A stretch of DNA of 64,000 nt from an uncultured Spirochaetota bacterium (GTDB lineage: Bacteria; Spirochaetota; Spirochaetia; SZUA-6; Fen-1364): assembly GCA_963845535.1 (NCBI GenBank), contig CAWJSK010000014.1:64001-128000 (forward strand), given 5' to 3'. Numbering within the stretch: the stretch's first letter is position 1; the number at the start of each line of letters is the position of its first letter. The translations under genes and the position numbers were made by a program. Below the pieces are notes generated by a model that was not told where the DNA came from, ran no database searches, and saw only the letters and a list, made by a program, of their open reading frames with translations. Shown here piece after piece: positions 40,445 to 51,663 of the stretch.

Positions 40445-43138
40445 CTATTCCACCCGCGCCCGCTCGATGTCAAGGGCAACGGTGGACAGGAGCTCCTCGT
40501 TGCTCATTTCCGTGAGAAGCGTTTCCCCGCCTCCCTCCAGCAGGTCGCGCGCAAGCGAAGTCTTTTCCTGGATGAGGGCATCGATCTTCTCCTCCACCGT
40601 GCCTCTGCAGACGAAGGTGTGCACCAGGACATTCTTCTTCTGGCCAATGCGGAATGCCCTGTCCGTCGCCTGGTTCTCCACCGCGGGGTTCCACCAACGG
40701 TCGAAGTGGATGACATGGGAGGCCGCCGTCAGGTTCAGCCCCGTTCCTCCCGCTTTCAGGGACAGCACGAAGAACGGCGGGCCGTCTTCCGCCTGGAACG
40801 CATCCACGAGCTTCTGCCGCTCCCTGACCGGTGTCTGGCCGTGGAGCACGAGTCCCGAGCGTCCGAACAGCGCCGCCAGGTGCGCGGCAAGAGGCTCGGT
40901 CATCTCGCGAAACTGCGTGAAGACAAGGACGCGGTCCTGGCGGGAGGCAATCTCTTCCGCGATCTCCGCAACGCGCTGGAACTTGCCGCTTTCCTCCGCG
41001 GCCCAGCGGCCGTCCCCGCGAAGCTGCGAGGGGTGGTTGCACACCTGCTTCAGCTTCAGGAGCGCCGCAAGGATGAGGCCGCGCCTCTTCATGCCTTCCT
41101 GGGCCTGAAGGTCTTCCGCCAGATCATCCACGATGCTCTTGTACAACACGGCCTGCGCCTTGGTGAGTCCGCAATACGCCGGCACCACCGTCTTGTCCGG
41201 AAGGTCGGAGATGACGCTCTTGTCCGTCTTCAGCCGCCTCAGGATGTACGGACGAACGAGGTTGCGAAGCGGCGCAAATCGCTCTCCGCCCGCTTTCTCC
41301 AGGGCCTTTGCGAACGACGTGAACCGTGAGAGCGAGCCCAGGAGCCCCGGGCAGAGGAAATCGAAGATCGACCAGAGGTCGGAGAGGCGGTTCTCCACGG
41401 GGGTCCCCGTCAACGCAATCCTGGCTCGGGCGCGCAGGCGTTTCACGGCTTTTGTCTGGCGCGCGGCAGGGTTCTTTATGGCTTGCGCCTCATCCAGTAC
41501 CACAAGCGTCCAGTGCGTCTCAAGCAGGGCGGGAAATCGCAGGAGCATTCCGTAAGACGTCAGCACCAGGTCGAGCTCCGGCAATCGCTGCTCAAGCTCC
41601 TCAGGGCTGGGCATCTTTTGGAAGGATGGATGGAGGTACAGGGCGCAGAGAGAAGGTGCAAACTTTTCCAACTCGGCCTTCCAATTTGCCAGAAGGGACG
41701 CCGGCAGCACAAGGAGGGATGGCCCCGCTTTTTCCCTGCGGAGCATCAGGAGCAGGGCGAGCACCTGCATCGTTTTCCCCAACCCCATGTCGTCCGCAAG
41801 GCATGCGCCGAGCCCGAGGCCGGTGAGGAGGCGAAGCCAGCCGACCCCTGCCTCCTGGTAGCTTCGGAGCGTGGCGCGCAGGTCCTTTCGAGCCACGGGA
41901 GCAAGCGCAGGCTCGGGGGACCTGAGCTTCACGAGTATGTCATTCAACCACGTCCCGGCCTCGACGAAGGACCACGCTGCCACGTCCTCTTTCTGCCCGG
42001 CGTCCAGGTCTGCCGGAGCACCCGCAAGCAGCCTCATCCCCTCCGCGAAAGAGATGCCGTTCGCGGCTTCCTCCTGCACGCGCTCCCAGTGCTCGAGTGC
42101 TTCGGTGAGCTTTTCCTTGTCCACCTCCACCCACTGGCCCTTGAGAAAGACAAGACCCTCGCTTCCCGCAAGCAGCTTCCTTGCTTCCGTTTCGGTGAGC
42201 GCGGCGTCTCCAACCACCAACTCCACCTGGAAGTCCAGAAGGGAATCCGCGCCAAGCAGGGATTTCTCCTGGGACCCGATCTTCACCGCGACCTGGGGCC
42301 GGCTTCGCCGCGACCACCAGTTCGGCACACGGACGAGCACTCCGCTCTCTTCGAAAAGCGGCGTGTCACGAAGAAAGCGGTAAGCTGTGTCAGGCGTCCA
42401 TGCGAGGGCATGGTAAATATCACCGGAGTCGACGAACTCCCGGATGAGCGGGCTCTTTTCCGAAGCGCGCTGGACGGGCGTGAGCAGGTGTATCAGCGCT
42501 TTGCGGTTGCGCTCACCGGCAAACTCCTGCAACGCGCGGCCCAGGGGCTGATAGCGGATGCGGACGGGGTCCGTGAGCCGTGGCGCGTAGGTTGCCAGAA
42601 AGGCGAAAGGATAGGACGGGTCCTTCTTGTTCTCAGCCAGGTGAAAGCAGACACGACCCACCTGCCGCCACAGCGGCGCTTTTGCCGTGAGGAACTTTTC
42701 AAGACTGCCGGCTGCCTCCGCCTGGCGGCGCACCCAGGCGTCCAAGGCGCTCCAGAGATCTGCCAGGCTTTGCACGGTCAGATATTCCGCCCCCGGCATG
42801 GGAGGCGCCGAAAGCAGGAGCGCCGTCATGTCATCCGGCGCCGGCTGGGGGACCGGGTCCAGGAACGCCGTCTCGGCCGGCGTGTGACAGATTTCCGCCA
42901 GATAGCGCGCGGCGAAGCCCTTCCAGTACGCGAACTGAACCGGAAGGCCTCCGCTCACCGGACGGGCTGCAAGCTCGAAGAGCCCTTCCGCCCTGCCTGC
43001 GCGAAAAGCCTCCAGTATCCGACGAAGGGCGGGGCCCTGCTGCCGCGTGGCCTCCGGCTCTACGGCGATGACGAGATGGCCCGCAGGGGTAATGCGGAGG
43101 AGATCAGGGAAAGCGAGAGTCTCAGCCACGTTTACCAT
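40445..43138 (-). CDS. SNF2-family helicase/ATPase
   Basis: LADDMGLGKT, LDEAQAIKN, LTGTPVENR, HFDRWWNPAVENQATDRAFRIGQ. Confidence 0.95.
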   Translation of the reverse strand: MVNVAETLAFPDLLRITPAGHLVIAVEPEATRQQGPALRRILEAFRAGRAEGLFELAARPVSGGLPVQFAYWKGFAARYLAEICHTPAETAFLDPVPQPAPDDMTALLLSAPPMPGAEYLTVQSLADLWSALDAWVRRQAEAAGSLEKFLTAKAPLWRQVGRVCFHLAENKKDPSYPFAFLATYAPRLTDPVRIRYQPLGRALQEFAGERNRKALIHLLTPVQRASEKSPLIREFVDSGDIYHALAWTPDTAYRFLRDTPLFEESGVLVRVPNWWSRRSRPQVAVKIGSQEKSLLGADSLLDFQVELVVGDAALTETEARKLLAGSEGLVFLKGQWVEVDKEKLTEALEHWERVQEEAANGISFAEGMRLLAGAPADLDAGQKEDVAAWSFVEAGTWLNDILVKLRSPEPALAPVARKDLRATLRSYQEAGVGWLRLLTGLGLGACLADDMGLGKTMQVLALLLMLRREKAGPSLLVLPASLLANWKAELEKFAPSLCALYLHPSFQKMPSPEELEQRLPELDLVLTSYGMLLRFPALLETHWTLVVLDEAQAIKNPAARQTKAVKRLRARARIALTGTPVENRLSDLWSIFDFLCPGLLGSLSRFTSFAKALEKAGGERFAPLRNLVRPYILRRLKTDKSVISDLPDKTVVPAYCGLTKAQAVLYKSIVDDLAEDLQAQEGMKRRGLILAALLKLKQVCNHPSQLRGDGRWAAEESGKFQRVAEIAEEIASRQDRVLVFTQFREMTEPLAAHLAALFGRSGLVLHGQTPVRERQKLVDAFQAEDGPPFFVLSLKAGGTGLNLTAASHVIHFDRWWNPAVENQATDRAFRIGQKKNVLVHTFVCRGTVEEKIDALIQEKTSLARDLLEGGGETLLTEMSNEELLSTVALDIERARVE

Positions 43139-43557
43139 CCTCCCGGCAAGCCAGCGCTCAAGTCAATGGAAAGGCGATGCTCCTGAATGAGGGCATGCGC
43201 CTTCGAATCGAAAGTCAGCCAGCGTGCGCCCAGCTCTTCGGCGAGCGCCACGTACACAGCGTCATATCCGCTCAATCCTGCCTGGGCAAAACGCGCTGCG
43301 CGCGTAGCAAGGGTTTCGGTCATGGGATAGCGAAGAAGACCGGACGTCAGCATGGGGAGAACGCCTTCCAGGAAAGTCTGCAAAGGCCTCTGATGGACTC
43401 GAAAGAGGGTGGAGAATGTCTCATAGGCAAACAACTCGGGGACCGCAAAAAGCTCCGGCTCTTCAACGAGCCTGTGACGGACGGCGTCCGCGTTTTCATG
43501 CCTCTCCTCCTCAAGATACCAGCGAAGGGCCACCGAGGCATCGATGACGAACCTCAC
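43132..43557 (-). CDS. vapC: VapC-family PIN-domain toxin
   Basis: FVIDASVALRW, YDAVYVALAE, LTFD; GTGA overlap with the antitoxin. Confidence 0.88.
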   Translation of the reverse strand: MRFVIDASVALRWYLEEERHENADAVRHRLVEEPELFAVPELFAYETFSTLFRVHQRPLQTFLEGVLPMLTSGLLRYPMTETLATRAARFAQAGLSGYDAVYVALAEELGARWLTFDSKAHALIQEHRLSIDLSAGLPGGW

Positions 43558-43826
43558 GGACGATAACCCCTGAGCTCGCGCAAGGCCTCCAGGCTTGTGA
43601 CGCCGCCCAATCTTGGGCTTCGCAGAGTTTCGAGCTTCTGCAGCCATTTCTCTTTCTCTTCTTCAGCCTGCTTGTCGAGAAAGCGCCTTTGGAAGTCTTC
43701 AATACTGACGATGGCGGCCTGGACCCTCCTTCCTTTGCTCACGAGGACGGGCTCTTTGGTCTCATCAAGTTCCTGAAGGATTTTCCCAAGGTTGTTTCGC
43801 AGCTTCAGCGCGTTTACGGTTTTCAT
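43554..43826 (-). CDS. Phd/YefM-family antitoxin
   Basis: MKTVNALKLRNNLGKIL....EPVLVSKGRR..AAIVSIEDF. Confidence 0.88.
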   Translation of the reverse strand: MKTVNALKLRNNLGKILQELDETKEPVLVSKGRRVQAAIVSIEDFQRRFLDKQAEEEKEKWLQKLETLRSPRLGGVTSLEALRELRGYRP

Positions 43827-43841
43827 CTCTGCCTCTGAAAA

Positions 43842-43882
43842 ACATTACAGCCTGGAGCTATACACGTCAAGTGTTGACGTGT
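43842..43882 (-). promoter_or_regulatory. TA promoter with palindromic operator
   Basis: ACACGTCAA-gtg-TTGACGTGT perfect IR (43862-43882) overlapping the -35 of TTGACG-N17-TAATGT on the minus strand. Confidence 0.65.
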
Positions 43883-44006
43883 GTATGCACATGCCGAACC
43901 AAGAGGCTTCCGATTGAATAGCCCTCGACCCTATAGAAAACGTCGAAAGTGGAAAATTGTTTGCCACGCTTGCCGCAGGCGCCTCGAACCGTTATCCTTC
44001 CGCCGT

Positions 44007-45354
44007 GTGATCCAGGCTCCCGATGATCCCATTGCCGCCCTTGCAACCCCGCTTGTTTCAAGCGCCCTTGCAGTCATTCGCGTCTCAGGAGAAGGCTCGC
44101 TCCGTCTGTTGTCGCAGCTCGTGAAAGGCGGCCAGCCCGCGCAGGAAAGACCGGGCAACAGCATCAATCGCTGCATCATCAGGGACGGCGACGAAGACGT
44201 GGATGAAGTCATGCTGGCCGTCTATCGCGCGCCCCGAAGCTACACCGGTGAAGACAGCGCCGAAATCATCTCCCATGGCAGCATTCCCGTCATCCAGCGG
44301 CTCCTTTCCGTCCTGACCCGCGGCGGCTTCCGTCCCGCAGGGCCCGGGGAGTTCACGCAGCGAGCGTTCCTGAACGGGCGGATGGACCTTACGCGGGCGG
44401 AGGCGGTGAACGAGATCGTGCGGGCCCGAACGGACAAGGCACGCGCCCTTGCGCTGCAGCGCCTGAACGGCGCCATCGAGACCAGGATCAAGGCTGCTCG
44501 TGACGGCCTGGTGCAGCTTCGCGCGGGTCTTGAGGCCGCCATCGACTATCCTGATGACGTACATGAAACGGACAGCATGAGCGGGAGCACGCTCGACCAG
44601 GTGATCGCCCTTCTTTTGGGATTGACGCACACATACCGCCAGGGCCGTATCTACCAGGAGGGGGTGACCGTTGCCATCGCCGGGGCCACGAACTCCGGCA
44701 AGTCGAGCCTCTTCAACGCAATGCTTCGCCAGGAACGCGCCATTGTCTCGGAGGTGCACGGCACCACAAGGGACTGGCTGGAGGGCTCAGTCAGCCTGGA
44801 AGGCATTCCCGTGCGTCTCTTTGACACCGCGGGGTTGAGGGACACCGCTGATCCGCTGGAAGCCGAAGGGATGACGAAGGACGGAACAAGTCCTTTCGGG
44901 CGCAGACGTTGTGATCTACCTCGTGGATTCCACGCGAGGGATGGACGGGATGGACGATGCCCTCCTGGCGCGCCACACTGGTGTCCCGGTAATCCGCGTC
45001 TGGAACAAGGTCGACCTTCCCGGCCAACCCGTTCCGCGGGGCTTCTTTCCCCTCAGCGCAACCACCGGTGAGGGGCTGGAACGGCTCGAAGCGGAGGTTG
45101 CGGCCGCCGCCCTGGGCGGCACGCCGGCGGATTCCGGTGAGCCGCTGATAGATTCGGTACGGCAGCGTGACCTGATCATCCGGGCGCTGGCGGCGCTGGA
45201 TCGGCTGCGTGACGCTCGAGCCCAGGGCGTGTCGGCTGACCTTCTTGCCGTGGACCTCGCGGACGCCATGGATGCGCTGGGGGAGATCACGGGGGAGGTC
45301 ACAACGGCTGAGATCCTGGAGCGGATGTTCGCGAGCTTCTGCGTCGGGAAGTAG
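44007..45354 (+). CDS. mnmE: tRNA modification GTPase MnmE, apparent frameshift at about 44874
   Basis: DPIAALAT, SYTGED, GEFTQRAFLNGRMDL, G..NSGKSS, GTTRD, NKVDL, C-terminal FCVGK. Confidence 0.93.
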
Positions 45355-45365
45355 GAGTGCAAGCC

Positions 45366-47250
45366 ATGGTGGGTCGCGGGCACGCGGACTCCGACTTCGA
45401 CGCCATCGTCATTGGCGGCGGGCACGCCGGGATCGAAGCGTCCCTTGCGGTTGCCCGTCTCGGTTTCTCCACCCTTCTCATAACTCAGAGCCTCGACGTC
45501 ATTGGCAGGATGTCGTGCAACCCGGCCATCGGCGGAATTGCCAAGGGGAACCTCGTGCGCGAGGTGGATGCGCTGGGCGGCCAGATGGCAAAGCTGATCG
45601 ACGCCACCATGATCCAGTTCCGCATGCTGAACGCAAGCCGTGGCCCCGCCGTGCAGGCTCCTCGCGCGCAGGCGGACAAGCACGCGTATGCGGCTCTCGC
45701 AAAGCTCACCCTCGAGCGGGAGAAGAACCTCACTCTCTTTCAGGACACAGTGGTGGACCTCCTGACGGACTCGAACGCCACGGCCATTCGGGGCGTCATT
45801 ACGGAGCGTGGGCGGAAGATCCTCGCTCCCGCCGTGGTCCTTACGACGGGCACTTTCATGGAAGGGAAGCTCTTCATCGGGGAGTGGACCGCTTCCGGGG
45901 GACGGCTCGGTGAGCCTGCCGCAATCGGCCTGGGCACCAGCCTTCGCCGCATGGGATTTGCCGTCGGCAGGCTGAAGACCGGGACCCCCGCGAGGGCCCT
46001 TCGAAGCTCGCTCCTCCCCGAGAGGATGGAGCTTCAGGAGCCTGATCCGGTGGCCCAACCGTTCAGCTTCTCCCATGACAGGGTCGAGAGGCCTTCCGTC
46101 CCGTGCTTCATAACCTACACCACCGCGGAGACGCACCGCATCATCCGAGAGAACATGAGCCGGTCCCCTCTCTATGGAGGAAAGATCGTCGGCAAGGGCC
46201 CGCGGTACTGCCCGTCAATCGAGGACAAAGTGGTGCGCTTCCCGGCCAGGGAGAGGCACCAGGTCTTTGTGGAGCCGGAAGGGCTCGGCACGGAAGAGGT
46301 GTACCTCAACGGCGTCTCCTCGTCCCTGCCGGAGGACGTCCAGGAGAAGTTCCTCCATAGCATCCCCGGCCTTGAGAAACTGGTGATCTCACGGCCCGGC
46401 TATGCGGTGGAGTATGACTTCCTCTTCCCGACGCAACTTTTCCCCAGCCTGATGACGAAGAAGCTTGAAGGGCTGTTCGTGGCCGGCCAGACAAACGGCA
46501 CCTCCGGTTACGAGGAAGCGGCCGCGCAGGGGATCATTGCCGGCATCAACGCGGCGCTCCATCTCCAGGGGAAAGAGCCGCTTGTTCTTTCCCGGGCGGA
46601 CGCATACATCGGCGTCCTTGTCGATGACCTCGTGACTCTCGGCACTGAGGAGCCGTACCGCCTCTTCACATCACGCGCCGAGCATCGGCTGTCCCTGATG
46701 CACGACACCGCGGACATCCGTCTCCTTCCCAAAGGGAAAAGCTGTGGGGCTTCAGGACGAAGCGGCCGCGGAGAGGCTCGACCGCAAGATCCGCGGCATC
46801 GCGGAGGCGCGCGAGCTTCTGCGCAGGCGCAAGGTGACGGCGGAAGACGTTCTCCGCACGCCCGAGCTGGAGACGCACAAGGGAAGGACCTTCGACCAGG
46901 CTCTCCGTGACCCTCGTGTAACGATCCTCGCGCTGGCGGCCCTTGATGCAGGGTTGGGGGCGGCTGAAAGCTCCTGGCTTTCGCTTGCGGAAGCCGGGGT
47001 CAAGTATGAGGGATACATCACGCGGCAGGAGGAGCAGGTTGGCCGATTCCTGCGCATGGAGGAGAAGGCGATTCCCCGGGATTTCGACTGGGACGCGCTG
47101 GCCGGCGTTTCCTCGGAGGCAAGGGAAAAGCTCAAGCTCATCAGACCCATCTCCGTTGGCCAGGCTTCCCGCATTTCGGGCGTGCGGCCGCCTGACATCG
47201 CCATCCTCATGGTCTCCTTGAAGCGCGAAACGCGCCAGGCCCGGCCGTGA
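45366..47250 (+). CDS. mnmG: tRNA uridine modification enzyme MnmG (GidA), apparent frameshift at about 46735
   Basis: [50 protein letters not shown]. Confidence 0.95.
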
Positions 47251-47913
47251 GCGCGCTCCGTGACGGGCTTCGCCAACTCGAGGTCCCTGAGCCGGAGACC
47301 GCCGAAGGCTTGCTGAACAAATTCCTGGATGAGCTGGAGCGATGGAACCCCCGGTTCGGGTTCGTGAAAGCAGCCAACCGCCAGGAGCTCATCGTCAAAC
47401 ACGTGCTTGATTCCCTCTCCGCATGGCGCCCCGTCAAGGGCGAGCTGAGGGGAGGAGGCCGTGCTGGACGTAGGGTCAGGGGCGGGCTTCCCGGGCATCC
47501 CGCTTGCAATCGCGCTGCCCGATGTCCCTGTGACGCTGCTGGAGCGTTCGGCAAAGAAGGTGTCCTTTCTTCGCACGTGCAAGGCGCTCCTCGGGCTGTC
47601 TTCCGTCCAAGTCATCCTGGGGGACCTCGAACAAGCGGCCGCCGCCGCCACGCGGCCGTTCGACGTCGTGACGTTCCGCGCCGTGGCTCCGGTGTCGAGG
47701 CTTCTCGATGACTTTCGGCAGCGCGGCCTCAGGTTTCGGGCAATCATCGCCTATAAAGGAAGAGTTGAGCGATCCAACGCGGAGATCGACGACGTTCGAC
47801 GGTCGACGGGAGACCTCTTTCAGGCCAGTGTCGTTCCCGTGACAGTGCCCTTTCTCGAAGAAGAGCGTTGTCTTGTCATCCTGCGAGCCTCATCCGGCGA
47901 TGATCGTTATTGA
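47247..47913 (+). CDS. rsmG: 16S rRNA m7G527 methyltransferase RsmG (GidB), apparent frameshift at about 47455
   Basis: [27 protein letters not shown]; follows mnmG. Confidence 0.9.
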
Positions 47914-47938
47914 CAAACCGGTGTACGCAACATAGACT
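47910..47938 (+). promoter_or_regulatory. Sigma70-like promoter
   Basis: TTGACA-N17-TAGACT upstream of GGAGG and GTG 47964. Confidence 0.65.
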
Positions 47939-47963
47939 CTCGGGTGGAGGAGACCCTGCGCAC

Positions 47964-48912
47964 GTGAGCGACTCGACCATCGGCATCAAGATAGCTGACG
48001 GTTCCTACTACCCCGTTCTGGAGAAAGGCTTCACCGGCAGGAAGAAACTCACCGTCACCACCGTCAAGGACAACCAGGAAAAAGTCCAGATCGACCTCTA
48101 CCGTGGAAACGGCGGGGGCATCGAACAGCCAAGCTACATCGGAAGCCTCATCGTTGAGAACATCCCTCCCGCTCCCCAGGGTGAACCGGAGATTGAGCTT
48201 TTCCTTGGCATCAACCCTGACGGTGAGCTGTCCGCTGAGGCAAGTGACAGGCGCACCGGTGAATCCCAGAAGTTCTCCACCACCCTGACCAGGCTGATGG
48301 AGAGTGAGCTTTCGGAAGCTCCCGAGTTCGAAATCGAAGAGGAAGACAAGACCGTCGCCGCCTCCGCCTATGAGGAGGCTCCCATCACCGGTGAAAGCTA
48401 CAAGGTGGGAGAATCGGACAGCAGGCGGGAGATTCTGGAGCGTGAGAAGCGAGGGCCGAACCTCCTGCTCCTCATCCTTTTTGTGCTCCTCGGCGTCATC
48501 CTCGTTGCCGCCATAGCGTACTTCATCTACAAGAGCGTTCATGGCCCCGAGACGCCGCCTCTTTCAGCCCGGGGAAGCGCTCCCACCGCGGCAGTCGCGC
48601 CCCCTCAGCCCGTGGCGCCCGCGCAGCCGTCCTCGGCTGCTCAGCCCGCCCCGACCCAGCCGGTGCAACCGGGCGTCCAGACGCAGCAGGGCAGCGGCGG
48701 ACAGGCATCGGTCAAGACTTCTACGGGAGAAGCCGCCGTGGTCGCCAAAGGGCGGCGTCACGTACAGGATCAAGAGGGGTGACACCCTCTGGGACATTTC
48801 CGCCACCTACTATCGGAACCCCTGGCTTTACCACAAGCTGGCCAGGGCAAACTCCATCAGAAACCCGGACCTGATTTTTGCGGGATCGCGGCTTTATATT
48901 CCTGAGAATTAG
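47964..48912 (+). CDS. Membrane protein with Hsp70 substrate-binding-like N-domain and C-terminal LysM, apparent frameshift at about 48747
   Basis: TTVKDNQEKVQIDLY..IPPAPQGEPEIE; TM; YRIKRGDTLWDIS..YYRNPW..NPDLI. Confidence 0.82.
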
Positions 48913-51025
48913 GATCCTCGTCGCTCTCCTCGCCGTCCTTTGCACAACCGTGGGGTGCGGTCCCCGCAAGGTGTGGGGTTACCCCGCGGACGTGCTCGCG
49001 CTTCGGCTTTCCACCGCGCGCTACGCCATCCTGGCAAGCGTTGACTTCTCCACCCAGGACCCTTCCCAGGCCCTTTCCCTTTCTCCGGGCGCGCCATACT
49101 ACCTGTCGTTTGTCTTCGACTCACTCGACATGCCGGACCAGGCTCTGCGAATGCTCGAGCTGGCGTGGGCGCGAAGCCCCGACCCGTGGAAACGGGAAGC
49201 CGGGGTGCTCCTGGGCCAACGCTACAACGCCCGCAAGAGCTGGCCGCAGGCAATTCAGGTGGCCAGACGAATCCTCTCCACGCAACAGCCCCCTGACGTG
49301 GAGCAGCGCGCGCGCCGCGTGCTCGTGGAGGCGCTGTATTGGACGCAGCAGGATCAGCAGGCGCTGCAGCAGGCGGACCTCCTCACGAACCCTGACGCGG
49401 AAATGCTCCTGTTCCGCGGCGTGAGCTCGTTGCGCCTGGGTCTCCCGGCCGGGCATGACCTGATCATGCGGCTCTTCCTCCGGGAGCGCGTGTCAGGGCT
49501 CCATGCGCGGTTCTTCACGTTCCTCACCGGCGCGCCCCAGTACGCGGAGGGCTTCACGGACCTGGAAAAAAATCTCATCGCGGCAAAGAACGACCTGTTC
49601 CTCGGCGACTGGGAGACGGGAATCCCGCTTCTGGAAAGCGTGCTCTCCGGCCTTGACCCTGCCCTGTCATCCTCCAGCTCGCTCGTGGCTGACCTTGCCA
49701 GCGCGTACCTGTCCTCGGGCAGGCAGGCGGCGGGAGCCCGGTTCCTCGTGAGAGTCTCGGCGCGGCTCACGGGCCGGGCCCGGGCGGATGCGCTGGAGCA
49801 GGCGGGAAAGATCTATCGGCGGATGAGGGCGTATCCGGACGCGTTTGCGACGCTGCGCACGGCTCTTGCAGCTTCAACGGACGCGGACCAGCGGGACAGG
49901 GAGCGCTGGTACATCGTGGACATGATGATCAACGGAAAGTCGCCCGACGTGCTTGCGCTGGTGGACAGGGAGATATCGTCCTCCAGCGACCCTGGCGTTT
50001 TTTCCGATCTTCTTGACGACTGGATCTCGGACCTCGTAGGGGGCAGGAAATGGAAGTCCCTGCTCGGCCTGTGGGGGGTGGTCCAGGTCCATGGGCCGCA
50101 GGACGTGCAGGCACGCCTTGCGTACATCCTGGGAAGAGCGGGGGAGGAAGGGCTCGTCGCGGCGAACGCGCTGCCGGCGGCCCCTCGTGACCTGCTTCGA
50201 AAAGCCGCAACGCTGGACGCCGACGGCTATTACGGGCTGATGGCTTCCTCCCTCCTTGGCGAGGTGCCTGGGCAGGTGAAGCCCGGCGTCGCGGACGCCG
50301 CCTCGGAGAACGCGCCCGCGCTTGACCCTTTCATCACGGGCTTCCTCCCGTTCGGCCTTTTCTCCCAGGCCTACCAGAAGCTGGCGGAAACCCGAAAGAG
50401 CCTCAGTGACGCCGCGCTGCGCGAAGCGGCGCGCCTCATGGCGCAGGCGGGTGACTATGCGAGCTCAATGCATCTCATGGGCATGCTGGCGCGGCGCCGC
50501 TCCCTGACTCTCGATGAGCTTGAGATGGAATATCCCCGGGCCTTCAGCTCCGTGATAGATGATCTTTCCGTGACGAGCGGGGTCAGGGAGTCCATTTTGT
50601 ACGGGCTCGTGCGGGAAGAGAGCTATTTCGACCCGGATATCGTCTCCAGCGTCGGCGCCGTGGGGCTCAGCCAGCTCATGCCGGCCACGGCGGAGGCGGT
50701 TGCGCGCCGGCTCCACATTGCGGAGCCTGACCTCCGCGACCCCTCGGTCAATCTTGACATCGGCGTGCGCCATTTCCAGGAGCTGCTGAAGAGCGTAAAC
50801 AGCGTTCCCAAGGCGCTGCTCTCCTACAACGCCGGGCTGACAAGAGTGAGAGTCTGGGAGAGAGCGGCGGGGAAGCTCCCGGACGACTTGTTCGTGGAAA
50901 CCGTGCCCTTCGAGGAGACGAGGAAATACGTGCGCAAGATACTCGTCTCCTCGGTGATGTATGCGTCACTCTACGGGAACGAGGACCCGCGGGACACGGC
51001 GCTTTCATTTTTCGGGCTGAAATAG
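48878..51025 (+). CDS. TPR-containing soluble lytic transglycosylase (spirochaete flagellar-assembly type)
   Basis: VREESYF, SSVGAVGLSQLMPATA, SYNAG, PFEETRKYVRK; start uncertain. Confidence 0.88.
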   Translation: MRDRGFIFLRIRILVALLAVLCTTVGCGPRKVWGYPADVLALRLSTARYAILASVDFSTQDPSQALSLSPGAPYYLSFVFDSLDMPDQALRMLELAWARSPDPWKREAGVLLGQRYNARKSWPQAIQVARRILSTQQPPDVEQRARRVLVEALYWTQQDQQALQQADLLTNPDAEMLLFRGVSSLRLGLPAGHDLIMRLFLRERVSGLHARFFTFLTGAPQYAEGFTDLEKNLIAAKNDLFLGDWETGIPLLESVLSGLDPALSSSSSLVADLASAYLSSGRQAAGARFLVRVSARLTGRARADALEQAGKIYRRMRAYPDAFATLRTALAASTDADQRDRERWYIVDMMINGKSPDVLALVDREISSSSDPGVFSDLLDDWISDLVGGRKWKSLLGLWGVVQVHGPQDVQARLAYILGRAGEEGLVAANALPAAPRDLLRKAATLDADGYYGLMASSLLGEVPGQVKPGVADAASENAPALDPFITGFLPFGLFSQAYQKLAETRKSLSDAALREAARLMAQAGDYASSMHLMGMLARRRSLTLDELEMEYPRAFSSVIDDLSVTSGVRESILYGLVREESYFDPDIVSSVGAVGLSQLMPATAEAVARRLHIAEPDLRDPSVNLDIGVRHFQELLKSVNSVPKALLSYNAGLTRVRVWERAAGKLPDDLFVETVPFEETRKYVRKILVSSVMYASLYGNEDPRDTALSFFGLK

Positions 51026-51030
51026 CGGCG

Positions 51031-51651
51031 CTAGTTATCCAGCCCGGGGATTTGCACGTCCTCCCCGTTGTACCACTTGTCGAAAAGGTCCTTTGGGACT
51101 ACCGCCACCTTCGCGAGCATCTTGGAGTGCTCCTGCCCGCAGTACTGGGAGCACAACAGGTCAGTTGTTACGACCTCTGTCGCCTTGAACCATACCTTGT
51201 TGTGCATCCCCGGCACCACATCCTGCTTGATCCTGTAGTACGGCACGAAAAACCCGTGGATCACGTCCAGGGATTCAAGCGTGAGGACGACGTTCACGCC
51301 CTGGGGGACCACGAGGTCTCCGCTTTTCAGCCCGTTGGGGTACTCGAAAAGCCATGACCACTGCCGCGCAATGACGGTCACCTGCATGCCGTTGGGCGGA
51401 GGCGTCCTGAGGTATTCGAACCCCTTGTAGGCGTAGAAGAACATGGGAAGCACGATGAGGGTTGCCCCGATGATCCAGAGCGACTCCAGGAGGACGTTTC
51501 CCGATATTGCGGCCGGGTGCGGATTGCGCGACCGGCGGTAGCGCACCAGGAAGAACACCAGGAAAAAAATGATCAGGACAAAGAGCAGAACGCAGACGGC
51601 GAGGATGAAGATGAACGGGTCATTGACCGCGGCTTTTGTGTCTTGGATCAT
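51031..51651 (-). CDS. coxB: Cytochrome c oxidase subunit II
   Basis: Two TMs, QWSWLF.Y, DVIHGF, CSQYCGQEHSKM CuA motif. Confidence 0.95.
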   Translation of the reverse strand: MIQDTKAAVNDPFIFILAVCVLLFVLIIFFLVFFLVRYRRSRNPHPAAISGNVLLESLWIIGATLIVLPMFFYAYKGFEYLRTPPPNGMQVTVIARQWSWLFEYPNGLKSGDLVVPQGVNVVLTLESLDVIHGFFVPYYRIKQDVVPGMHNKVWFKATEVVTTDLLCSQYCGQEHSKMLAKVAVVPKDLFDKWYNGEDVQIPGLDN

Positions 51652-51663
51652 TCCTCCCCCCAC

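Noticed and set aside
44007..47913. mnmE/mnmG/rsmG as true pseudogenes or programmed frameshifts
   Set aside because: Each has a single indel and otherwise intact motifs; the window-wide pattern fits sequencing error
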